Source of the DNA: the human T2T-CHM13v2.0 reference genome, Homo sapiens
DNA length: 64,000 nucleotides
Assembly (NCBI RefSeq): GCF_009914755.1
Contig: NC_060944.1
Reading direction: 5' to 3' (one strand)
Part shown: positions 10,532 to 22,300 of the stretch, one piece after another
Layout of the letters: each line of letters opens with the position of its first letter
Position numbering within the stretch: the stretch's first letter is position 1
Made by a program: the position numbers and the translations under genes
The notes under the pieces: generated by a model
What the model was told of the DNA's origin: nothing
Seen by the model: the letters and a program-made list of their open reading frames with translations, nothing else
Databases searched by the model: none

Positions 10532-13500
10532 AGACAGCAGCATTGTCAGAAACTACTCTGTGATGTTTGCATTCTAGTCACAGAATTGAACACTCCCTTT
10601 CACAGAGCAGGTTTGAAACACTCTTTTTGTAGTGTCTGTAAGTAAACATTTGGATTGCTTTCAGGCCTAACGTGAAAAAGGAAATATCTTCCCATAAAAA
10701 CTAGACAGAAGCATTCTCAGAAACTTGTTTGTGATGTGTGCCCTCTACTGACAGAGTTGAACCTTTCTTTGCAAAGAGCAGTTTTGAAACACTCTTTTTG
10801 TAGAATCTGCAAGAGGATATTTGGATAGCTTTGAGGATTTCTTGGGAAACGGGAATGTCTTCAGATAAACTCTAGACAGAAGCATTCTCAGAAACTTCTT
10901 TGGGATGTTTCAATTGGAGTCACAGTGTTGAACATTCCCTTTCACAGAGCAGGTTTGAAACACTCTTTTTGTAGTGTCTATAAGTGAACATTTGGCGTGC
11001 TTTCAGGCCTAACGTGAAAAAGGAAATATCTTCCCATAAAAACTAGACGGAAGCATTCTCAGAAACTTGTTCGTGATGTGTGCCCTCTACTGACAGAGTT
11101 GAACCTTTCTTTGCAAAGAGCAGCTTTGAAACACTCTTTTTGTAGAATCTGCAAGAGGATATTTGGATAGCTTTGAGGATTTCGTTGGAAACGGGTATAT
11201 CTTCAGATAAACTCTAGACAGAAGCATTCTCAGAAACTTCTTTGGGATGTTGCATTCAAGTCACAGAGTAGAACATTCACATTCATAGAGCAGATTTGAA
11301 ACACTCTTTTTGTAGTATCTGGAAGTGGACATTTGGAGCGCTTTCAGGCCTATGTTGAAAAAGGAAATATCTTCCCATAAAAACTAGACGGAAGCATTCT
11401 CAGAAACTTACTTGGGATGCGTTTGCTCAACTAACAGAATTGAACCATCGTTTTGAAGGAGCAGTTTTGAAACACTGTTTTCGTGGAATCTGCAAGTGGA
11501 TATTTGGCTAGCTTTGAGGATTTCGTTGGAAACGGGATTACATATAAAAAGGAGACAGCAGCATTCTCAGAAACTTCTTTGTGATGTCTGCATTCAAGTC
11601 ACAGAGTTGAGCATTCCCTTTCATAGAGCAGGTTGGAAACACTCTTTTTGTAGTATCTGGATGAGGACATTTGGAGCGCTTTCAGGCTTATGGTGAAAAA
11701 GGAAATATCTTCCCGTAAAAACTAGACAGAAGCATTCTCAGAAATTTATTTGTGATGTGTGCCTCAACTAACAGAGTTGAACCATTCTTTTGATAGAGCA
11801 GTTTTGAAACACTCTTTTTGTAAAATCTGCAAGAGGATATTTGGATAGCTTTGAGGATTTCGTTGCAAACGGGAATGGCTTCATATAAACTCTAGACAGA
11901 AGCATTCTCAGAAACTCCGTTGGGATGTTTCGATTGAAGTCCCAGTGTTGAACATTCCCTTTTATAGAGCAGGTTGGAAACACTCTTTCTGCATTCCCTG
12001 GAAGTGGACATTTGGAGCGCTTTCTGGACGACGGTGAAAATGGAAATATCTTCCAATAAAATCTAGATAGAAGCAATGTCAGAAACTTTTCTGTGATGGA
12101 TCTACTCAGCTAACAGAGTTGAACCTTTCTTTTGAGAGAGCAGTTTTGCAACACTCTTTTTGTGGAATATGCAAGTGGATATTAGGGCAGCTTTGAGGAT
12201 TTCGTTGGAAACGGGAATACATGTAAAAAGCAGACAGCAGCATTCTCAGAAACTTCCTTGTGATGTTTGCATTGAAGTCACAGAGTTGAACATTCCCTTT
12301 GAGAGAGCAGGTTTGAAACACGCTTTTTGTCATATCTGGAAGTGTCCATTCGGAGCGCATTCAGGCTTGTGTTGAAAAAGGAAATATCCTCCCATAAAAA
12401 CTAGACAGAAGCATTCTCAGAAACTTATTTGTGATGTATGTACTCAACTAACAGAACTAAACCATCGTTTTGAAGGAGCAGTTTTGAAACACTCTTTTTG
12501 CGGAATCTGCAAGTGGATATTTGGCTAGCTTGGAGGATTTCGTTGGAAACGTGATTACATACAAAAAGCAGACAGCAGCATTCTCAGAAACTTCTTTGTG
12601 ATGTTTGCATTCAAGTCACAGAGTTGAACATTCCCTTTCATAGAGCAGGTTTGAAACACTCTTTTTGTAGTATCTGGATGTGGACATTTGGATCGCTTTC
12701 AGGCCTATGGTGAAAAAGGAAATATCTTCCCATGAAAACTATACAGAAGCATTCTCAGAAACTTATTTGTGATGTGTGCCCTCAACTGACAGTGTTGAAA
12801 CTTTGTTTTGATAGAGCAAATCTGAAACACACTTTTTGTAAAATCTGCAAGAGGATATTTGGATAGCTTTGAGGATTTCGTTGGAAACGGGAATGTCTTC
12901 ATGTAAACTCTAGACAGAAGCATTCTCAGAAACTGCTTTGGGATGTTTCAATTGAAGTCCCAGTGTTGAACATTCCCTTTCATAGAGCAGGTTTCAAACA
13001 CTCTTTTTGTAGTATCTGGAAGTGGACATTTGGAGCGCTTTCAGGTCTACGGTGAAAAAGGAGATATCTTCCAATAAAAACTAGATAAAAGCAATGTCAG
13101 AACTTTTTTCATGATGTATCTACTCAGCAAACAGAGTTGAACCTTTCTTTCGAGAGAGCAGTTTTGAAACACTCTTTTTGTGGAATATGCAAGTGGGTAT
13201 TAGGCCAGCTTGGAGGATTTCGTTGGAAACGGGAATACGTATAAAAAGCAGACAACAGCATTGTCAGAAACTACTTTGTGATGTTTGCATTCAAGTCACA
13301 GAATTGAACACTCCCTTTCACAGAGAAGGTTTGAAACACTCTTTTTGTAGTGTCGGTAAGTGAACATTTGGATTGCTTTCAGGCCTAAGGTGAAAAAGGA
13401 AATATCTTCCCATAAAAACTAGACAGAAGCATTCTCAGAAACTTGTTTGTGATGTGTGCCCTCTACTGACAGAGTTGAACCTTTCTTTGCAAAGAGCAGT

Positions 13501-16399
13501 TTTGAAACACTCTTTTTGTAGAATCTGCAAGAGGATATTTGGATAGATTTGAGGATTTCTTGGGAAACGGGAATGTCTTCAGATAAACTCTAGACAGAAG
13601 CATTCTCAGAAACTTCTTTGGGATGTTTCAATTGAAGTCACAGTGTTGAACATTCCCTTTCACAGAGCAGGTTTGAAACACTCTTTTTGTAGTGTCTATA
13701 AGTGAACATTTGGCGTGCTTTCAGGCCTAACGTGAAAAAGGAAATATCTTCCCATAAAAACTAGACAGAAGCATTCTCAGAAACTTGTTTGTGATGTGTG
13801 CCCTCTACTGACAGAGTTGAACCTTTCTTTGCAAAGAGCAGCTTTGAAACACTCTTTTTGTAGAATCTGCAAGAGGATATTTGGATAGCTTTGAGGATTT
13901 CGTTGGAAACGGGTATGTCTTCAGATAAACTCTAGACAGAAGCATTCTCAGAAACTTCTTTGGGATGTTGCATTCAAGTCACAAAGTAGAACATTCCCAT
14001 TCATAGAGCAGATTTGAAACACTCTTTTTGTAGTATCTGGAAGTGGACATTTGGAGCGCTTTCAGGCCTATGTTGAAAAAGGAAATATCTTCCCATAAAA
14101 ACTAGACGGAAGCATTCTCAGAAACTTACTTGTGATGTGTTTGCTCAACTAACAGAATTGAACCATCGTTTTGAAGGAGCAGTTTTGAAACACTGTTTTC
14201 GTGGAATCTGCAAGTGGATATTTGGCTAGCTTTGAGGATTTCGTTGGAAACGGGATTACATATAAAAAGGAGACAGCAGCATTCTCAGAAACTTCTTTGT
14301 GATGTCTGCATTCAAGTCACAGAGTTGAGCATTCCCTTTCATAGAGCAGGTTGGAAACACTCTTTTTGTAGTATCCGGATGCGGACATTTGGAGCGCTTT
14401 CAGGCGTATGGTGAAAAAGGAAATATCTTCCCGTAAAAACTAGACAGAAGCATTCTCAGAAATTTATTTGTGATGTGTGCCCTCAACTAACAGAGTTGAA
14501 CCTTTCTTTTGATAGAGCAGTTTTGAAACACTCTTTTTGTAAAATCTGCAAGAGGATATTTGGATAGCTTTGAGGATTTCGTTGCAAACGGGAATGGCTT
14601 CATATAAACTCTAGACAGAAGCATTCTCAGAAACTTCGTTGGGATGTTTCGATTGAAGTCCCAGTGTTGAACATTCCCTTTTATAGAGCAGGTTGGAAAC
14701 ACTCTTTCTGCATTCTCTGGAAGTGGACATTTGGAGCGCTTTCAGGACGACGGTGAAAATGGAAATATCTTCCAATAAAATCTAGGTAGAAGCAATGTCA
14801 GAAACTTTTATGTGATGGATCTACTCAGCTAACGGAGTTGAACCTTTCTTTTGAGAGAGCAGTTTTGCAACACTCTTTTTGTGGAATATGCAAGTGGATA
14901 TTAGGGCAGCTTTGAGGATTTCGTTGGAAACGGGAATACATGTAAAAAGCAGAGAGCAGCATTCTCAGAAACTTCTTTGTGATGTTTGCATTGAAGTCAC
15001 AGAGTTGAACATTCCCTTTGAGAGAGCAGGTTTGAAACACGCCTTTTGTCATATCTGGAAGTGTCCATTCGGAGCGCATTCAGGCTTGTGTTGAAAAAGG
15101 AAATATCCTCCCATAAAAACTAGACAGAAGCATTCTCAGAAACTTATATGTGATGTATGTACTCAACTAACAGAACTAAACCATCGTTTTGAAGGAGCAG
15201 TTTTGAAACACTCTTTTTGCGGAATCTGCAAGTGGATATTTGGCTAGCTTGGAGGATTGCCTTGGAAACGGGATTACATACAAAAAGCAGACAGCAGCAT
15301 TCTCAGAAACTTCTTTGTGATGTTTGCATTCAAGTCACAGAGTTGAACATTCCCTTTCATAGAGCAGGTTTGAAACACTCTTTTTGTAGTATCTGGATGT
15401 GGACATTTGGATCACTTTCAGGCCTATGGTGAAAAAGGAAATATCTTCCCATGAAAACTAGACAGAAGGATTCTCAGAAACTTATTTGTGATGTGTGCCC
15501 TCAACTGACAGTGTTGAACCTTTGTTTTGATATAGCAGTTCTGAAACACACTTTTTGTAAAATCTGCAAGAGGATATTTGGATAGCTTTGAGGATTTCGT
15601 TGGAAACGGGAATGTCTTCATGTAAACTCTAGACAGAAGCATTCTCAGAAACTGCTTTGGGATGTTTCAATTGAAGTCCCAGTGTTGAACATTCACTTTC
15701 ATAGAGCAGGTTTGAAACAGTCTTTTTGTAGTATCTGGAAGTGCACATTTGGAGCGCTTTCAGGTCTATGGTGAAAAAGGAGATATCTTCCAATAAAAAC
15801 TAGATAGAAGCAATGTCAGAACTTTTTTCATGATGTATCTACTCAGCAAACAGAGTTGAACCTTTCTTTTGAGAGAGCAGTTGTGAAACACTCTTTTTGT
15901 GGAATGTGCAAGTGGGTATTAGGCCAGATTGGGGGATTTCGTTGGAAACGGGAATACGTATAAAAAGCAGACAGCAGCATTGTCAGAAACTACTTTGTGA
16001 TGTTTGCATTCAAGTCACAGAATTGAACACTCCCTTTCACAGAGCAGGTTTGAAACACTGTTTTTGTAGTGTCTGTAAGTGAACATTTGGATTGCTTTCA
16101 GGCCTAAGGTGAAAAAGGAAATATCTTCCCATAAAAACTAGACAGAAGCATTCTCAGAAACTTGTTTGTGATGTGTGCCCTCTACTGACAGAGTTGAACC
16201 TTTCTTTGCAAAGAGCAGTTTTGAAACACTCTTTTTGTAGAATCTGCAAGAGGATATTTGGATAGCTTTGAGGATTTCTTGGGAAACGGGAATGTCTTCA
16301 GATAAACTCTAGACAGAAGCATTCTCAGAAACTTCTTTGGGATGTTTCAATAGAAGTCACAGTGTTGAACATTCCCTTTCACAGAGCAGGTTTGAAACA

Positions 16400-19300
16400 C
16401 TCTTTTTGTAGTGTCTATAAGTGAACATTTGGCGTGCTTTCAGGCCTAACGTGAAAAAGGAAATATCTTCCCATAAAAACTAGACAGAAGCATTCTCAGA
16501 AACTTGTTCGTGATGTGTGCCCTCTACTGACAGAGTTGAACCTTTCTTTGCAAAGAGCAGCTTTGAAACACTCTTTTTGTAGAATCTGCAAGAGGATATT
16601 TGGATAGATTTGAGGATTTCGTTGGAAACGGGTATGTCTTCAGATAAACTCTAGACAGAAGCATTCTCAGAAACTTCTTTGGGATGTTGCATTCAAGTCA
16701 CAGAGTAGAACATTCACATTCATAGAGCAGATTTGAAACACTCTTTTTGTAGTATCTGGAAGTGGACATTTGGAACGCTTTCAGGCCTATGTTGAAAAAG
16801 GAAATATCTTCCCATAAAAACTAGACGGAAGCATTCTCAGAAACTTACTTGTGATGTGTTTGCTCAACTAACAGAATTGAACCATCGTTTTGAAGGAGCA
16901 GTTTTGAAACACTGTTTTCGTGGAATCTGCAAGTGGATATTTGGCTAGCTTTGAGGATTTCGTTGGAAACGGGATTACATATAAAAAGGAGACAGCAGCA
17001 TTCTCAGAAACTTCTTTGTGATGTCTGCATTCAAGTCACAGAGTTGAGCATTCCCTTTCATAGAGCAGGTTGGAAACACTCTTTTTGTAGTATCTGGATG
17101 AGGACATTTGGAGCGCTTTCAGGCCTATGGTGAAAAAGGAAATATCTTCCCGTAAAAACTAGACAGAAGCATTCTCAGAAATTTATTTGTGATGTGTGCC
17201 TTCAACTAACAGAGTTGAACCTTTCTTTTGATAGAGCAGTTTTGAAACACTCTTTTTGTAAAATCTGCAAGAGGATATTTGGATAGCTTTGAGGATTTCA
17301 TTGCAAACGGGAATGGCTTCATATAAACTCTAGACAGAAGCATTCTCAGAAACTTCGTTGGGATGTTTCGATTGAAGTCCCAGTGTTGAACATTCCCTTT
17401 TATAGAGCAGGTTGGAAACACTCTTTCTGCATTCCCTGGAAGTGGACATTTGGAGCGCTTTCAGGACGACGGTGAAAATGGAAATATCTTCCAATAAAAT
17501 CTAGATAGAAGCAACGTCAGAAACTTTTATGTGATGGATCTACTCAGCTAACAGAGTTGAACCTTTCTTTTGAGAGAGCAGTTTTGCAACACTCTTTTTG
17601 TGGAATATGCAAGTGGATATTAGGGCAGCTTTGAGGATTTCGTTGGAAACGGGAATACATGTAAAAAGCAGACAGCAGCATTCTCAGAGAATTCTTTGTG
17701 ATGTTTGCATTGAAGTCACAGAGTTGAACATTCCCTTTGAGAGAGCAGGTTTGAAACACGCCTTTTGTCATATCTGGAAGTGTCCATTCGGAGCGCATTC
17801 AGGCTTGTGTTGAAAAAGGAAATATCCTCCCATAAAAACTATACAGAAGCATTCTCAGAAACTTATTTGTGATGTATGTACTCAACTAACAGAACTAAAC
17901 CATCGTTTTGAAGGAGCAGTTTTGAAACACTCTTTTTGCGGAATCTGCAAGTGGATATTTGGCTAGCTGGGAGGATTTCGTTGGAAACGGGATTACATAC
18001 AAAAAGCAGAGAGCAGCATTCTCAGAAACTTCTTTGTGATGTTTGCATTCAAGTCACAGAGTTGAACATTCCCTTTCATAGAGCAGGTTTGAAACACTCT
18101 TTTTGTAGTATCTGGATGTGGACATTTGGATCGCTTTCAGGTCTTTGGTGAAAAAGGAAATATCTTCCCATGAAAACTAGACAGAAGCATTCTCAGAAAC
18201 TTATTTGTGATGTGTGCCCTCAACTGACAGTGTTGAACCTTTGTTTTGATAGAGCAGTTCTGAAACACACTTTTTGTAAAATCTGCAAGAGGATATTTGG
18301 ATAGCTTTGAGGATTTCGTTGGAAACGGGAATGTCTTCATGTAAACTCTAGACAGAAGCATTCTCAGAAACTGCTTTGGGATGTTTCAATTGAAGTCCCA
18401 GTGTTGAACATTCCCTTTCATAGAGCAGGTTTGAAACACTCTTTTTGTACTATCTGGAAGTGGACATTTGGAGCGCTTTCAGGTCTACGGTGAAAAAGGA
18501 GATATCTTCCAATAAAAACTAGATAGAAGCAATGTCAGAACTTTTTTCATGATGTATCTACTCAGCAAACAGAGTTGAACCTTTCTTTTGAGAGAGCAGT
18601 TTTGAAACACTCTTTTTGTGGAATATGCAAGTGGGTATTAGGCCAGCTTGGAGGATTTCGTTGGAAACGGGAATACGTATAAAAAGCAGACAGCAGCATT
18701 GTCAGAAACTACTTTGTGATGTTTGCATTCAAGTCACAGAATTGAACACTCCCTTTCACAGAGCAGGTTTGAAACACTCTTTTTGTAGTGTCTGTAAGTG
18801 AACATTTGGATTGCTTTCAGGCCTAAGGTGAAAAAGGAAATATCTTCCCATAAAAACTAGACAGAAGCATTCTCAGAAACTTGTTTGTGATGTGTGCCCT
18901 CTACTGACAGAGTTGAACCTTTCTTTGCAAAGAGCAGTTTTGAAACACTCTTTTTGTAGAATCTGCAAGAGGATATTTGGATAGCTTTGAGGATTTCTTG
19001 GGAAACGGGAAAGTCTTCAGATAAACTCTAGACAGAAGCATTCTCAGAAACTTCTTTGGGATGTTTCAATTGAAGTCACAGTGTTGAACATTCCCTTTCA
19101 CAGAGCAGGTTTGAAACACTCTTTTTGTAGTGTCTATAAGTGAACATTTGGCGTGCTTTCAGGCCTAACGTGAAAAAGGAAATATCTTCCCATAAAAACT
19201 AGACAGAAGCATTCTCAGAAACTTGTTCGTGATGTGTGCCCTCTACTGACAGAGTTGAACCTTTCTTTCCAAAGAGCAGCTTTGAAACACTCTTTTTGTA

Positions 19301-22300
19301 GAATCTGCAAGAGGATATTTGGATAGCTTTGAGGATTTCGTTGGAAACGGGTATGTCTTCAGATAAACTCTAGACAGAAGCATTCTCAGAAACTTCTTTG
19401 GGATGTTGCATTCAAGTCACAGAGTAGAACATTCCCATTCATAGAGCAGATTTGAAACACTCTTTTTGTAGTATCTGGAAGTGGACATTTGGAACGCTTT
19501 CAGGCCTATGTTGAAAAAGGAAATATCTTCCCATAAAAACTAGACGGAAGCATTCTCAGAAACTTACTTGTGATGTGTTTGCTCAACTAACAGAATTGAA
19601 CCATCGTTTTGAAGGAGCAGTTTTGAAACACTGTTTTCGTGGAATCTGCAAGTGGATATTTGGCTAGCTTTGAGCATTTCGTTGGAAACGGGATTACATA
19701 TAAAAAGGAGACAGCAGCATTCTCAGAAACTTCTCTGTGATGTCTGCATTCAAGTCACAGAGTTGAGCATTCCCTTTCATAGAGCAGGTTGGAAACGTTC
19801 TTTTTGTAGTATCTGGATGAGGACATTTGGAGCGCTTTCAGGCCTATGGTGAAAAAGGAAATATCTTCCCGTAAAAACTAGACAGAAGCATTCTCAGAAA
19901 TTTATTTGTGATGTGTGCCTTCAACTAACAGAGTTGAACCTTTCTTTTGATAGAGCAGTTTTGAAACACTCTTTTTGTAAAATCTGCAAGAGGATATTTG
20001 GATAGCTTTGAGGATTTCATTGCAAACGGGAATGGCTTCATATAAACTCTAGACAGAAGCATTCTCAGAAACTTCGTTGGGATGTTTCGATTGAAGTCCC
20101 AGTGTTGAACATTCCCTTTTATAGAGCAGGTTGGAAACACTCTTTCTGCATTCCCTGGAAGTGGACATTTGGAGCGCTTTCAGGACGACGGTGAAAATGG
20201 AAATATCTTCCAATAAAATCTAGATAGAAGCAACGTCAGAAACTTTTATGTGATGGATCTACTCAGCTAACAGAGTTGAACCTTTCTTTTGAGAGAGCAG
20301 TTTTGCAACACTCTTTTTGTGGAATATGCAAGTGGATATTAGGGCAGCTTTGAGGATTTCGTTGGAAACGGGAATACATGTAAAAAGCAGACAGCAGCAT
20401 TCTCAGAGAATTCTTTGTGATGTTTGCATTGAAGTCACAGAGTTGAACATTCCCTTTGAGAGAGCAGGTTTGAAACACGCCTTTTGTCATATCTGGAAGT
20501 GTCCATTCGGAGCGCATTCAGGCTTGTGTTGAAAAAGGAAATATCCTCCCATAAAAACTATACAGAAGCATTCTCAGAAACTTATTTGTGATGTATGTAC
20601 TCAACTAACAGAACTAAACCATCGTTTTGAAGGAGCAGTTTTGAAACACTCTTTTTGCGGAATCTGCAAGTGGATATTTGGCTAGCTGGGAGGATTTCGT
20701 TGGAAACGGGATTACATACAAAAAGCAGAGAGCAGCATTCTCAGAAACTTCTTTGTGATGTTTGCATTCAAGTCACAGAGTTGAACATTCCCTTTCATAG
20801 AGCAGGTTTGAAACACTCTTTTTGTAGTATCTGGATGTGGACATTTGGATCGCTTTCAGGTCTTTGGTGAAAAAGGAAATATCTTCCCATGAAAACTAGA
20901 CAGAAGCATTCTCAGAAACTTATTTGTGATGTGTGCCCTCAACTGACAGTGTTGAACCTTTGTTTTGATAGAGCAGTTCTGAAACACACTTTTTGTAAAA
21001 TCTGCAAGAGGATATTTGGATAGCTTTGAGGATTTCGTTGGAAACGGGAATGTCTTCATGTAAACTCTAGACAGAAGCATTCTCAGAAACTGCTTTGGGA
21101 TGTTTCAATTGAAGTCCCAGTGTTGAACATTCCCTTTCATAGAGCAGGTTTGAAACACTCTTTTTGTACTATCTGGAAGTGGACATTTGGAGCGCTTTCA
21201 GGTCTACGGTGAAAAAGGAGATATCTTCCAATAAAAACTAGATAGAAGCAATGTCAGAACTTTTTTCATGATGTATCTACTCAGCAAACAGAGTTGAACC
21301 TTTCTTTTGAGAGAGCAGTTTTGAAACACTCTTTTTGTGGAATATGCAAGTGGGTATTAGGCCAGCTTGGAGGATTTCGTTGGAAACGGGAATACGTATA
21401 AAAAGCAGACAGCAGCATTGTCAGAAACTACTTTGTGATGTTTGCATTCAAGTCACAGAATTGAACACTCCCTTTCACAGAGCAGGTTTGAAACACTCTT
21501 TTTGTAGTGTCTGTAAGTGAACATTTGGATTGCTTTCAGGCCTAAGGTGAAAAAGGAAATATCTTCCCATAAAAACTAGACAGAAGCATTCTCAGAAACT
21601 TGTTTGTGATGTGTGCCCTCTACTGACAGAGTTGAACCTTTCTTTGCAAAGAGCAGTTTTGAAACACTCTTTTTGTAGAATCTGCAAGAGGATATTTGGA
21701 TAGCTTTGAGGATTTCTTGGGAAACGGGAAAGTCTTCAGATAAACTCTAGACAGAAGCATTCTCAGAAACTTCTTTGGGATGTTTCAATTGAAGTCACAG
21801 TGTTGAACATTCCCTTTCACAGAGCAGGTTTGAAACACTCTTTTTGTAGTGTCTATAAGTGAACATTTGGCGTGCTTTCAGGCCTAACGTGAAAAAGGAA
21901 ATATCTTCCCATAAAAACTAGACAGAAGCATTCTCAGAAACTTGTTCGTGATGTGTGCCCTCTACTGACAGAGTTGAACCTTTCTTTCCAAAGAGCAGCT
22001 TTGAAACACTCTTTTTGTAGAATCTGCAAGAGGATATTTGGATAGCTTTGAGGATTTCGTTGGAAACGGGTATGTCTTCAGATAAACTCTAGACAGAAGC
22101 ATTCTCAGAAACTTCTTTGGGATGTTGCATTCAAGTCACAGAGTAGAACATTCCCATTCATAGAGCAGATTTGAAACACTCTTTTTGTAGTATCTGGAAG
22201 TGGACATTTGGAACGCTTTCAGGCCTATGTTGAAAAAGGAAATATCTTCCCATAAAAACTAGACGGAAGCATTCTCAGAAACTTACTTGTGATGTGTTTG

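Larger units (their letters stand above)
1..16400 (+). repeat. Block of heterogeneous class A HORs (first)
   Basis: Carries CAGAAACTTC and GCAATGTCAG alleles, many private SNPs/indels and sporadic CENP-B box mutations. Right boundary approximate (16350-17200). Confidence 0.8.
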
